Shown: piece after piece, positions 40,390 through 50,106 of the stretch
Layout of the letters: every line of letters begins with the position of its first letter
How positions within the stretch are numbered: the stretch's first letter is position 1
NCBI GenBank assembly: GCA_050187355.1
Contig: JBFWXO010000006.1
Coordinates: 118,584 to 182,583 of the forward strand
Source: Vicinamibacterales bacterium
Lineage (GTDB): Bacteria > Acidobacteriota > Vicinamibacteria > Vicinamibacterales > UBA2999
Direction: 5' to 3'
Length of the DNA stretch: 64,000 nt
Translations under genes and position numbers: made by a program
Notes under the pieces: model-generated
Seen by the model: the letters and a program-made list of their open reading frames with translations, nothing else
Told to the model about the DNA's origin: nothing
Database searches by the model: none

Positions 40390-41688
40390 TCAGGGACGCG
40401 GGGCCGCGGTCAGCCCGGGGTAGACAGCCCGGAAGAGCGCGAGCGCCGTGCGCCGTTCGTCCGCCGTGAACCGGCCGTCGCCGGGGAGCGGCACCGGCGC
40501 CGACAGCCGTGCGACGACCCGATCGGCGACGGCCGTGCGGACGTCGTCGGGCAGCGCGGCGAACGCCGGGCTCTCGACCGTGTAGCTCAGCGGATAGGCC
40601 ATGAGGCGCGTCGCAAGGTTCAGCTCGTGCAGCGACCGCCCGCGGCCGTCATGCGGCCCCCGGCCCGAGAACCACTCCCGGAAGCCCGACGTCCCCGACA
40701 GCCCGCCCGGCATCGGCGCTTCGTCCGCGAACACCAGGTAGCCGGCCAGATCGTCCACGAGCGCGGTCACGGCGAGCATCTCGAGCGGCACGCGACCCTC
40801 GTGCCTGGCCACCCGGGCCTCCCAGCCGAGCCGCGTCATGAGATTGAGCGCCCGGGTCTGGTGATCGAAGACGGCCAGCGCCGCCACGTCGCTCAGGTGC
40901 GACGGATACCCGCCGAGCGGCACGACGCCGTCCAGCGTCTCCACGTCGCCGGATCCGCCCGGCACCAGGGGCCGCGTGGTCCCATCGCGATCGACGACGA
41001 CGTTCCCGCGGTGCGTGATCGCGCCGAGCCGCCCCGTCACGTAGAACCCGCCCCACCGGTCGGCGAACGCCGTCCGGTGATCCACCAGCGCCTGGCTGAA
41101 GAACTTGAGCGTGGGCGTGCCGTCGGGCCCCGCCGTCAGGCTGCGCGTCAGGAACCCGGGCACCTCGAGGGTGGCAGACGCCACGTGACAGGTGAGGCAG
41201 CTGGTCTGCCGCGTCAGGGACGGCCGCTCGGAGGGCCGCTGGTCGAGGGTGTAGAACACGGCGCCCTGCGCCGGATCGTGGGCGATGAGCTCCAGGAACG
41301 GCGCGCCGCGGATGTACCCCACCGCCACCTGCTCGTTGAAGTACAGCGCCCGCGGGTTCATCGGACGCGTGACCTCGCGCTGGACGCCCGTGCGCGACAG
41401 GACGAGCATCTGCGAGGCGACCGGCACGTCCAGCGCCGCCAGCAGCGGCCGCAGGTAGCCGTCGGCGCCGTCGAAGGCGAGCGTGCGCTCGCCGGCGGCC
41501 AGGCGCGCGTTCAACGCCGCGACCGGATCGGTCGTCGGCCGCATCGCGTACTCGATGGCCGGGTGCTCGTCGAGGACGCCCACCCAGCGGCCCGAGGCGT
41601 CGCGTTGCGCGCCGGCAACGGCCGTCGTGGCCGCCACCGTCGCCGCCGTCAGCCAGCCCGCCGCGCGGACGGTCGCCGCCGATTTCAT
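40390..41688 (-). CDS. Secreted hypothetical protein with a single CxxCH haem motif
   Basis: Signal peptide; NPRALYFN, SCLTCH and RWGGFYVTG motifs. Confidence 0.75.
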   Translation of the reverse strand: MKSAATVRAAGWLTAATVAATTAVAGAQRDASGRWVGVLDEHPAIEYAMRPTTDPVAALNARLAAGERTLAFDGADGYLRPLLAALDVPVASQMLVLSRTGVQREVTRPMNPRALYFNEQVAVGYIRGAPFLELIAHDPAQGAVFYTLDQRPSERPSLTRQTSCLTCHVASATLEVPGFLTRSLTAGPDGTPTLKFFSQALVDHRTAFADRWGGFYVTGRLGAITHRGNVVVDRDGTTRPLVPGGSGDVETLDGVVPLGGYPSHLSDVAALAVFDHQTRALNLMTRLGWEARVARHEGRVPLEMLAVTALVDDLAGYLVFADEAPMPGGLSGTSGFREWFSGRGPHDGRGRSLHELNLATRLMAYPLSYTVESPAFAALPDDVRTAVADRVVARLSAPVPLPGDGRFTADERRTALALFRAVYPGLTAAPRP

Positions 41689-41727
41689 GGCGATCGAATG
41701 GTACCCTACCGCGATGCGTGCCCCGCG

Positions 41728-43032
41728 ATGATCGCCCGGCTGCTGGCCAAGGTCGGGCTCGTGACGCCGGCGCAGCAGGCGTGGGCCTGGTACGACTGCG
41801 GCAACTCGGCCTACTTCACGACGGTCATCACGGCCGTCTTCCCGTACTTCTTCGCCAGCTACGCGGCCAAGGGCCTGGCGCCGGTCGAGGCGACGACGCG
41901 CTTCGGCGTGGTGACGACGCTGGCCATGGCGATCGTGGCGGTGACGGCGCCCGTGCTCGGCGCCTACGGCGATCACACCGCGCGGAGGAAGCAGCTCCTC
42001 GTCGTGTTCGCGGCCATCGGCGTCCTGGCCACCTTCCTCCTCACGACCATCGTCGAGGGCGGCTGGCAATGGGCGGCGCTCGTCTTCGTCCTCGGCAACA
42101 TCGGCGTGTCCGGGTCGCTCGTCTTCTACGATTCGCTGCTGCCCAGTGTGGCGGCGCCGGAGGACACCGATCGCGTGTCGTCGGCGGGGTACGCGCTCGG
42201 CTATCTCGGCGGGGGCGTCCTGCTGCTGCTCAACCTGGCCTGGATCCTGAGTCCGGCCTCGTTCGGCCTGCCGGACGCGGTCGCCGCGACGAAGCTGTCG
42301 TTTGCGAGCGTCGGCGTCTGGTGGCTGCTCTTCACCGTGCCGCTCCTCCGCACGGTGCCCGAGCCGCCGCGGCTCGCCGGCGCCGACGAGCGCGCGGGCT
42401 CGGCGATCGCCGGCACCCTGGCGCGCCTGTCGCACACGTTCCGCGAGATCCGCCAGTACCGCCAGGCGTTCCTCGCCCTCGTGGCGATGCTGGTCTACCA
42501 GGACGGCATCCAGACGATCATCCGCTTCGCCGGCATCTACGGCGCCGAGGTGGGCGTCGGTCAGTCCGAGCAGATCGCGGCCTTCGCGATGGTGCAGCTC
42601 GTGGGCGTGCCGTTCTCGTTCGTCTTCGGGTCGCTGGGCGCCCGCATGGGCACGAAACGCGCGATCTTCCTGGCGCTGGGCGTGTACGCCCTTGCGGCCG
42701 CGCTCGGCTACTTCATGCGCAACGCGACCGACTTCTTCATCCTGGCCGCGATGGTCGGCACGGTGCAGGGCGGCGCCCAGGCGCTCAGCCGGTCGCTCTT
42801 CGCCCGGCTGATCCCGGCGTCGAAGACCTCCGAGTACTTCGGGTTCTACGCCGTGGTCGAACGCTTCGCGACCGTGCTGGGACCGCTGCTCTTCACGCTG
42901 AGCGGCGCCCTCACCGGGTCGACCCGGTCGGCGGTGCTCGGCATGATCGTGTTCTTCGTGGCCGGCGGCTGGCTGCTCTCGCGGGTGGACGTGGCGGAGG
43001 GCGAAGCCGCCGCACGCGCCGTCACGCCGTGA
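41728..43032 (+). CDS. MFS transporter (UMF1/Atg22-like)
   Basis: WAWYDCGNSAY, FYDSLLP and QALSRSLF motifs; about 12 TM helices. Confidence 0.92.
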   Translation: MIARLLAKVGLVTPAQQAWAWYDCGNSAYFTTVITAVFPYFFASYAAKGLAPVEATTRFGVVTTLAMAIVAVTAPVLGAYGDHTARRKQLLVVFAAIGVLATFLLTTIVEGGWQWAALVFVLGNIGVSGSLVFYDSLLPSVAAPEDTDRVSSAGYALGYLGGGVLLLLNLAWILSPASFGLPDAVAATKLSFASVGVWWLLFTVPLLRTVPEPPRLAGADERAGSAIAGTLARLSHTFREIRQYRQAFLALVAMLVYQDGIQTIIRFAGIYGAEVGVGQSEQIAAFAMVQLVGVPFSFVFGSLGARMGTKRAIFLALGVYALAAALGYFMRNATDFFILAAMVGTVQGGAQALSRSLFARLIPASKTSEYFGFYAVVERFATVLGPLLFTLSGALTGSTRSAVLGMIVFFVAGGWLLSRVDVAEGEAAARAVTP

Positions 43033-43513
43033 ACGTGAGCACTCCGTTGGCGAACTGCGAGGCGTAGCCCGCCAGCGCCCGCGACGCGGGGCCGCCGGCG
43101 GCGGCACCCGACGTCGTGAACTGGGCGCCGTGGCACAGGCAGACGAACCGGCTGCCCGAGTACCCGGTCACCGTGCAGCCCTCGTGGGTGCAGGTGGCCG
43201 ACAGCACGTTGAACGCGGCGTCGCCGATCCGCGCGATCAGGAACGCCCCCAGCGGCGTGGAGGCCAGGGCCGCCGATCCGTTCGACGCCAGCGGCGATCC
43301 GGTGCCGACGGCCACGCTGACGACGCGGCCGGACACCGTGGCGGACACCGCGGAGAGCGCGGGCGCATCGGTGCTGGAGGGCGAGGTGGGGCCGCCGCCG
43401 CACGCCTCGGTCACGAGGCCGGCCACGGCGATGAGCGAGGCCGCCTGACACGCGTGACAGACAAACGCACGACGGGTCGACGACGAGGAGGGGATCTGGT
43501 GAGACTCGGGCAT
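43022..43513 (-). CDS. Rieske (2Fe-2S) protein with Tat/lipoprotein signal
   Basis: CTHEGC and CLCHG motifs; TRRAF...EAC signal. Confidence 0.9.
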   Translation of the reverse strand: MPESHQIPSSSSTRRAFVCHACQAASLIAVAGLVTEACGGGPTSPSSTDAPALSAVSATVSGRVVSVAVGTGSPLASNGSAALASTPLGAFLIARIGDAAFNVLSATCTHEGCTVTGYSGSRFVCLCHGAQFTTSGAAAGGPASRALAGYASQFANGVLTFTA

Positions 43514-43630
43514 GACGGACTCCGTTCGGTCCGTCCGTCTGCAAAGTTCGGGTCAGTACCGGCCGAGGGATCGGCGTGGCTTCGCCGCACCGCGCATCGA
43601 ACGGCGCGCCGGCGTCGTCCGCGGCCGAGG

Positions 43631-43996
43631 TCAGGAGGTGGGGTCGGAGACGGCCTGCCGCAGCAGCGCGCCGGCCACGAACCCCGCGCCGGCGACCGCG
43701 GCGCAGAAGAGCGCCATCATCGCGATCGAGTCGTAGGTGTTCGGCTGAATCGTGTCCGGCAGGCCGAGCGCGTGCTTGACCAGGTGCGCGGCCGGGACCG
43801 GCAGGCAGACGGCCAGGGCCGCCGGCCACCCGGGCCAGCCGGCCCAGCCGCCGATCGCGGCGGCCGCCGCGAGCAGCAGCGCCACGATCACGACGGGGCT
43901 CACGTGGCCGCCCGCGGCCAGGTTGTCCACGGCGCTGATGGCGAGCCCCAGCCCGGCGCCGATGGCGACGGGAACGACGCGTCCGGCCGGTGTCAA
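43631..43996 (-). CDS. Small hypothetical membrane protein
   Basis: About 4 hydrophobic segments; TTG start with GAGG SD and upstream TATAGT. Confidence 0.65.
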   Translation of the reverse strand: MTPAGRVVPVAIGAGLGLAISAVDNLAAGGHVSPVVIVALLLAAAAAIGGWAGWPGWPAALAVCLPVPAAHLVKHALGLPDTIQPNTYDSIAMMALFCAAVAGAGFVAGALLRQAVSDPTS

Positions 43997-44079
43997 CCCG
44001 AGTGCCTCACGGCGTGACTATACCGTCCCGGCACCAGCCGCGTGGCGCCGGCCGCGCGCAGGGGGTATCGTGCTCGTGC

Positions 44080-45075
44080 ATGGTGCCCCTGTCGGTGCTC
44101 GATCTCTCGCCCATCCTGGAAGGCGGCACCGCCGCCGACGCCTTCGCCCGCACGCGCGATCTCGCGGGCCACGCGGAGCGGCTGGGCTACCGGCGCTTCT
44201 GGCTGGCCGAGCACCACAACATGCCGGGCATCGCCAGCGCGGCGACGGCGGTGCTGCTGGCCGACGTCGGCCGGGCAACGACCACGATCCGCATCGGCGC
44301 CGGCGGCATCATGCTGCCGAACCACTCGCCCCTCCAGGTGGCCGAGCAGTTCGGGACGCTGGAGTCGCTCTTCCCGGGCCGCGTCGACCTGGGGCTGGGC
44401 CGGGCGCCGGGGACGGACCCGTCGGCGGCGCGCGCGCTCCGCCGCACCCTCAACGCCGACCCCGACGGCTTCCCGAACGACGTCCTGGAGCTCATCGCCT
44501 ACCTGGAGGACGCGCAGCCGGGACAGGCGGTGGTGGCGGTCCCGGGCGCGGGTCTGCGGGTGCCGCTGTGGATTCTCGGCTCGAGCACGTTCGGGGCGCA
44601 GGTGGCGGCGGCCTTCGGCCTGCCCTTCGCGTTCGCGTCCCACTTCGCGCCGACCTCCCTGCACGACGCGCTGGCGATCTACCGCCGCGACTTCCGCCCG
44701 TCGTCGCGCCTCTCGGCGCCCTACGTGATGCTCGGCGTGAACGTGGTCGCGGCCGACACCGACGAGGAGGCGCAGTTCCTGGCCTCGTCGGGCCGGCAGT
44801 CGTTCGCCAGCCTGCGGATGGGACGGCCCATCCCGCTGCCGCCGCCCTCCCGGGAGTGGGCGCGCGACCCCGCGGACATGAGCGATCCGAGCAACCGCAC
44901 GCGGGTGTCGTTCGTCGGCAGTCCAGCGACGGTGGCCGAGGGCATGCGGACGTTCGTCGAGCAGACGGCGGCCGACGAGCTGATCGTGGTGTCGCACATC
45001 TACGGCCACGAGGCGCGGCTCAGGTCCTACGAGATCGCCGCGACGCAGGCGTCTCCGGCGTCCCACCCCCGCTGA
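44080..45075 (+). CDS. LLM-class flavin-dependent oxidoreductase (YhbW-like)
   Basis: [24 protein letters not shown] and GLGRAPG motifs. Confidence 0.95.
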   Translation: MVPLSVLDLSPILEGGTAADAFARTRDLAGHAERLGYRRFWLAEHHNMPGIASAATAVLLADVGRATTTIRIGAGGIMLPNHSPLQVAEQFGTLESLFPGRVDLGLGRAPGTDPSAARALRRTLNADPDGFPNDVLELIAYLEDAQPGQAVVAVPGAGLRVPLWILGSSTFGAQVAAAFGLPFAFASHFAPTSLHDALAIYRRDFRPSSRLSAPYVMLGVNVVAADTDEEAQFLASSGRQSFASLRMGRPIPLPPPSREWARDPADMSDPSNRTRVSFVGSPATVAEGMRTFVEQTAADELIVVSHIYGHEARLRSYEIAATQASPASHPR

Positions 45076-45086
45076 GTGGCGGCGCG

Positions 45087-45115
45087 GTGGGCGCAGCGGC
45101 CAGGCTGCGCGCCAC
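45087..45115. terminator. GC hairpin between convergent genes
   Basis: GTGG-GCGCAGC-loop-GCTGCGC-G-CCAC; no U-tract. Confidence 0.35.
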
Positions 45116-45145
45116 GCAGCGGACGAGGGCAGGCGGCTCGACCCG

Positions 45146-46267
45146 CTACGGTTCGTCGTCCGTCGTGAGCCGGGAGACGGCCGCCGACACCGTCTGTCCC
45201 GGCTCGAAGCCGCCGACGATCCACCACGCATCCCCAGCGCCGACCAGTCCGCGGTGGTCCATCGTGGGAAGGCCCAGCCGCGGCCCTTCGATCCAGCCGT
45301 CGGCCGCCGTGTCGTAGAGCCACGACGTGGCCTCGGGTTCCGACGGCCGGCCGTCGTACCCGATCCCGTTGTAGTTGTACGGATTCGCCGTGCCGCCCAC
45401 GAACAGGATGCCCGCGCGACCGGTCATGCGGACCGGGCCGGCAGCCGCGCGGTAGCGGGCAGGGCCCGGGTGCGGCGCGATGGCCCGCCACGCGATCGAG
45501 GCGGGCGCGGCGGGATCGATGTCGCCCCGGTAGCACTCGGCGCTGATGCCGTACTTCGGGGAGCCGCCCGCCAGCATCCTCGCACCACCGCAGTAGACGA
45601 TCGTGTCGCCGACGATGCCGCCGGCGTGCCCGAACACGGGCGTGCCTGGAATCGGCGTGGCGGCGATCCAGCGATCGCCCGAGGGGTCGTATGCCTGGAC
45701 GGTCGTGACCGTCCGGTCCGTGGACCAGCCGCTGACCATGTAGATCAGGCGGTCGCGCCACACGCCGGAGACGGCGTCGTCGAGGGCGACCGGCGCATCG
45801 GCGCCGCGCACGAACCGGCGCTCGCGCACCAGGTAGACGTTGGTGGCAGGACTGGTCGTCTCGGCGCCGTCGGCAGCCACCTCGTACCCACCGAACACGT
45901 ACACGCGATCGCCGATCGCCTGCGCCGTGGCCGCAATGCGCCCCACCCGCCCCGGCACGTCCGGCAGGGCCTCCCAGCGGCCCGCGTCCACGTCGAGCGC
46001 GAGGGCCTGCCGCGTAATGGCTTGGTAATCGCGCGCGGCGCCAAGTCCGAGGAAGGAGAAGACCCACGGCCGCCCATCGACGACGGCACCGGCGACGGCG
46101 TTGTTCGTGATTGGCAGCGGCAGGTTGGGGCCGGGGTCGACACGCAATCCCGCGGCCGGGGGCGAGGTGTCGGGTGTGCGGCCGGCATCCGGCGGCGGCC
46201 CCCCGCACGCGACGGCGGCCGTCGCCCCCAGGATCGACGCCAGGACGCACGTCCGGGACCGCGTCAC
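45146..46267 (-). CDS. Kelch-repeat beta-propeller lipoprotein
   Basis: Lipobox AVAC; repeated YVFGG, YMVSGW, VYCGG and IVGG. Confidence 0.85.
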   Translation of the reverse strand: MTRSRTCVLASILGATAAVACGGPPPDAGRTPDTSPPAAGLRVDPGPNLPLPITNNAVAGAVVDGRPWVFSFLGLGAARDYQAITRQALALDVDAGRWEALPDVPGRVGRIAATAQAIGDRVYVFGGYEVAADGAETTSPATNVYLVRERRFVRGADAPVALDDAVSGVWRDRLIYMVSGWSTDRTVTTVQAYDPSGDRWIAATPIPGTPVFGHAGGIVGDTIVYCGGARMLAGGSPKYGISAECYRGDIDPAAPASIAWRAIAPHPGPARYRAAAGPVRMTGRAGILFVGGTANPYNYNGIGYDGRPSEPEATSWLYDTAADGWIEGPRLGLPTMDHRGLVGAGDAWWIVGGFEPGQTVSAAVSRLTTDDEP

Positions 46268-46335
46268 CGCGGCAGCGTATCATGGCCGTTCGCCACGAGT
46301 GCCGGCGGCGCGAACGCCGGCGGAAGGAGAACGCG

Positions 46336-46785
46336 ATGCGGACGGTGTGCGCCTGGGCCGTGGTGCTGCTGTGGCCGGCCCTCGCCGTGAGTCAGCCGGC
46401 GGCAGCGAAGGACGAAGCCGAGATCAAAGCGGCCATGGTCGCCATGTGGGACGCGATCGAACACGGCGATGTGGACCGCTACGCCACCTTCGTGCACCCG
46501 GACTTCACGTCCTTCGGCGAGAACGACACCTACATCACCGAGGGCAAGGACGCCGAGGTCCGCAACTACCGCGCGTACCTCCAGCGGGCCTCGGGCGTGC
46601 ATACCGACATGCACCAGCCCGTCGTGACGGTCCGCGGCGACACGGCCTGGATCACGTACTACTGGACCGACTCGGGCACCCTCGACGGCACGCGCTTCAC
46701 CTCGCGCGGCAAGTCCACCCGGATCTTCGTCCGCGAGGGTGGCCGCTGGCTCTGCATCCACGGCCACTACACCGCCGTGCCCTAG
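46336..46785 (+). CDS. Secreted NTF2/SnoaL-like (DUF4440) protein
   Basis: GDTAW and TRIFVREGGRWLCIHGH motifs; SD AAGGAG. Confidence 0.88.
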   Translation: MRTVCAWAVVLLWPALAVSQPAAAKDEAEIKAAMVAMWDAIEHGDVDRYATFVHPDFTSFGENDTYITEGKDAEVRNYRAYLQRASGVHTDMHQPVVTVRGDTAWITYYWTDSGTLDGTRFTSRGKSTRIFVREGGRWLCIHGHYTAVP

Positions 46786-46864
46786 ATCCGATCGGCGCGA
46801 CAGGACGCACGAGGCCCGATCGCCGGCGGCGCCAGGCACGCGCCGGACACCCGTGGCGCGGCCG

Positions 46865-47698
46865 CTACCGCGCGGTGGCCGAAATGTCGTACTGGAGATC
46901 CACCCCGCAGTTGCCGCCGCCCAGCCCAATTCGATGGCCGCCCATGCCGGTCCAGGCGCCTCCCCGGAACGTGTGCACGAATGTCTCGGCCCGGTCGTTC
47001 ATGTCGCTGTCCCTGACGTCGGTCACCGACGGCGGAATGATCACGACCTTCTTGTCCCACTCCGTCGCGCGGAACTCCACCTCCACCGTGGCCCCTTCCC
47101 GGCTCGTCAGGTCGAACGTGACGGTTCGGGCGATGACGCGGGACGCGAGTTCCTTCAGCTCCAGGAACGAGCCGGCCGAGGGGTAGCTGGTCGTCTGGAA
47201 GACGACGGCGTCGGCGCGGCCGGTGGCCTTGACGCCGACCCGGACGGAGAACTCGCCCTCCGGATCGAGGATGCCGTCGCACGACCCCCGGGCCGTGAAG
47301 GCGACCGTCTTCACCTCGAAGGCGAACACGTCCGGGCTCACCGTCACCGACGTCTGGCCCGACTGGCCCTGGTAGGCCGCCGTGATCTGCACCGAGCCGT
47401 CGCGGACGCTCCTGACGAGGCCCGCCGCACTCACCGTCGCCACGCCGGTGTTCGACGACGTCCACGTTGCCTGACCGGTGACCACCTGCGTCGTCCCGTT
47501 CGACAGCGTCGCCGTGGCCGTCAGCTGCGTCGTGCCGCCGACCTTGAGCGACGACGTGCCCGAGATCGCAATGGAGGTCACGGTAGAACTGCTGCCTCCA
47601 CCGCCGGATCCGCTGGGTCCGGTGGGTGAGGACTTGCTGCACGCTCCGGTGAGCACTACGGTCGCACAGACCACCAGTCGTCGCACGTGGGTTGCCAT
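46865..47698 (-). CDS. Lipoprotein with bacterial Ig-like (Big_2) domain and unknown C-terminal domain
   Basis: Lipobox LTGAC; Gly/Ser linker; WTSSNTGVATVSAAGLV. Confidence 0.88.
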   Translation of the reverse strand: MATHVRRLVVCATVVLTGACSKSSPTGPSGSGGGGSSSTVTSIAISGTSSLKVGGTTQLTATATLSNGTTQVVTGQATWTSSNTGVATVSAAGLVRSVRDGSVQITAAYQGQSGQTSVTVSPDVFAFEVKTVAFTARGSCDGILDPEGEFSVRVGVKATGRADAVVFQTTSYPSAGSFLELKELASRVIARTVTFDLTSREGATVEVEFRATEWDKKVVIIPPSVTDVRDSDMNDRAETFVHTFRGGAWTGMGGHRIGLGGGNCGVDLQYDISATAR

Positions 47699-47750
47699 GA
47701 TCTCTCCACCGGGCCGGCGGCCCGCTATCTACGCGGCTCGTGAATCGACG

Positions 47751-47948
47751 CTACTTCTTGGTGGCCGAGATCTCGTACTCGAGATCCACGGCGCAGTTGT
47801 TGCTGCCCAGTCCTACGGTCTGGATGCCAAGGGAGCGCCAGGACGCCATCGGCGGAGGGGTACTTGTCCGTCGAGAAGAGGACTTGCTGCACGCGCCGAT
47901 CAGAAGCACAGCCGTAAGGGCTGTCAGCCGTGGAATGTCTCTGCCCAT
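47751..47948 (-). pseudogene. Internally deleted paralog of the adjacent Ig-lipoprotein (65-aa residual ORF)
   Basis: Signal plus GACSKSS, an out-of-frame VLFSTDKYPSADGVLAL fragment, and GLGSNNCAVDLEYEISAT each match parts of 46865-47698. Confidence 0.8.
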
Positions 47949-48131
47949 CGAACCACGCCTCCGTGCCAGCCACTGTGGCGGCGGGCCACCGGCGCTGTCG
48001 ATGGCGGGAGGGTGGCATCCACATGACACCGCAAGCAGTTCAGCGATCACGGCTTGCGCGCGGACATGACAGGCGCGGCGGACCGGGATCATCGCGGGCC
48101 GTCGGGCGCTACACTGGTGTTCCCCCGAAAG

Positions 48132-50096
48132 ATGTCGTCATCCCGCGGCGTGGTCCGCTTCGGTCCGTTCGAGTTCGACCCGGCAGCCGATCAGTTGAAG
48201 AAGGGCGGCCGTGCCACCCGCCTGCGCGGCCAGCCCCTGAAGGTGCTGACGCTGCTCGTCGACCGGCCCGGCGAGGTCGTCACGCGCGACGACCTGCGGC
48301 AGGCGCTCTGGGGCGACCAGTCCTTCGGGGAGTTCGACGTCGGGCTGAACGCGGCCATCCGCCGCCTGCGGCGAGCGCTCGCCGACTCCGCCGACGTGCC
48401 CCGGTACATCGAGACGCTGCCGGGGCGCGGCTACCGGTTCATCGCGCCCGTCGAGCCGCTGGCCGACATCACGGACGAAGCGGACGGAGCGTCGCACGGG
48501 ACCGTCGCCTCCGCGCCCGACTCCGCGATCGCACCAGCCGCCACGCGCGTCGATGACCGGGGCCGGTGGCGATGGGCCGCCGGCGTGGCCGCGCTGGGCC
48601 TCGTGGCGGGGCTCGGCGCCTGGCAGGCGGGTCTGCTGCGTGCCCGGGACGATGCCTCGCCGGCCGGCGCGCCCATTCGATCGGTCGCCGTGCTGCCGTT
48701 CCAGAACCTGTCGTCGGACCAGGAATGGGGCTTCTTCGCGTCGGGCCTCGCCGATGCCCTGCTGGCCGAGCTTGGACAGATCCACGAGCTCAAGGTGATC
48801 TCGCGCACCTCGACGCTGCGCTATGCCGACACCACCCGCTCCATCCCCGAGATCGCCGGCGAGCTGGGCGTGGACGCGGTGGTGGAAGGGTCGGTGTCGC
48901 GCAGCCCTGAACGCGTGCGCGTCACGGTGCAGCTCATCGACGGGCGGACCGACCGGCACCTGTGGTCGAACTCCTACGAACGCCCGATCGAGGACTCGAT
49001 TGCGCTCCAGGACGACCTGGTCACCGCGATCGTGCGCGAGATGGGCGTCGCGGTGACGCCCGAGGAAGCGACCCGCCTGGCCGCGGCGCCTCCGGTCTCG
49101 ACCGATGCCTACATGGCCTACCTGCGGGGCCGGTACTTCTGGGAGCAGCGGACGGTGCAGGGCCTCGACCGCGCCATCGCGCTCTTCGAGGAGGCCATCG
49201 CGCGGGCGCCCGGCTATGCGGCGGCGTATACCGGGCTCGCGGATGCGTACGGCCTGCTGCCCCGCTACGGCACCGTCGATCCGCGGGTGGCGCTCGCCAG
49301 GTCGAAGGAGTACGCCGAGCGCGCGCTCGCGCTCGATCCGGACATGGCGGAGGCGCACACCGCGCTCGCGAAAGCCCTGTACACGCTCGACTGGAACTGG
49401 TCCGACGCAGGGGCCCACTTCGAGCGCGCCATCGCGCTCAATCCCAGCTACGCCACGGCCCATCACTGGTATTCGCTCCACCTGATGATCGTGGGCCGGA
49501 TGGACGAGGCCCTGGCCGAGGCGCTCAAGGCGCGCGAGGTGGATCCGGTCGCACGGGCCGTGCACACGCACGCGGCCTGGGTGCGGTATCTGGCCGGAGA
49601 CGCGGCCACCGCCGGGCGTGAGGCCCAGGTCGGCATCGACATGGCCCCCCGCCACTTCGGCAACTACCAGCTGCTCGGGTGGATCGCCCGCGCCGAGGGC
49701 CGGTACGAGGCGGCCGAGGGCGCGTTCCAGACCGCGGTGAACCTCGATCCCGACGACTGGCGCGTCCGGGCCGCGCTGGCCGGTGTGCAGGCCGCGGCCG
49801 GGCGCCGGGACCAGGCACAGGGACTGATGCGGGAGCTCGAGGCCCGCCGCGCGACCGAGCCGATCCCGACCGAGGCGTTCGTCAACCTGAACACGGCGCT
49901 CGGCGAGCTCGACCAGGCCTTCGCGTGGCTCGAGCGGTGTGCCGAGGACCGTTCGATCTCCTACTTCCTCTTCGACCTCCGCTACGAGCCGCTCTACGCG
50001 CCACTGCGGAGCGACCCTCGTCTGGCGGCACTGTTCCGCTCGATGGGCCTCGACCTGGCGGCGGGCGCGGGCGCCGACGCGCGGACGAGCCAGTAG
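48132..50096 (+). CDS. CadC/ToxR-like winged-helix regulator with TM, TolB-like and TPR domains
   Basis: FGPFEFD, LRRALAD...YIETLPGRGYRF, TM helix, SVAVLPFQNLS, VISRTS and TPR repeats. Confidence 0.92.
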   Translation: MSSSRGVVRFGPFEFDPAADQLKKGGRATRLRGQPLKVLTLLVDRPGEVVTRDDLRQALWGDQSFGEFDVGLNAAIRRLRRALADSADVPRYIETLPGRGYRFIAPVEPLADITDEADGASHGTVASAPDSAIAPAATRVDDRGRWRWAAGVAALGLVAGLGAWQAGLLRARDDASPAGAPIRSVAVLPFQNLSSDQEWGFFASGLADALLAELGQIHELKVISRTSTLRYADTTRSIPEIAGELGVDAVVEGSVSRSPERVRVTVQLIDGRTDRHLWSNSYERPIEDSIALQDDLVTAIVREMGVAVTPEEATRLAAAPPVSTDAYMAYLRGRYFWEQRTVQGLDRAIALFEEAIARAPGYAAAYTGLADAYGLLPRYGTVDPRVALARSKEYAERALALDPDMAEAHTALAKALYTLDWNWSDAGAHFERAIALNPSYATAHHWYSLHLMIVGRMDEALAEALKAREVDPVARAVHTHAAWVRYLAGDAATAGREAQVGIDMAPRHFGNYQLLGWIARAEGRYEAAEGAFQTAVNLDPDDWRVRAALAGVQAAAGRRDQAQGLMRELEARRATEPIPTEAFVNLNTALGELDQAFAWLERCAEDRSISYFLFDLRYEPLYAPLRSDPRLAALFRSMGLDLAAGAGADARTSQ

Positions 50097-50106
50097 CGCC
50101 CGCTCA

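Noticed and set aside
43993-44010. Leaderless 5-codon uORF (GTG AGG CAC TCG GGT TGA, minus strand) overlapping the TTG start
   Set aside because: Equally explained by a GAGG Shine-Dalgarno; no independent support
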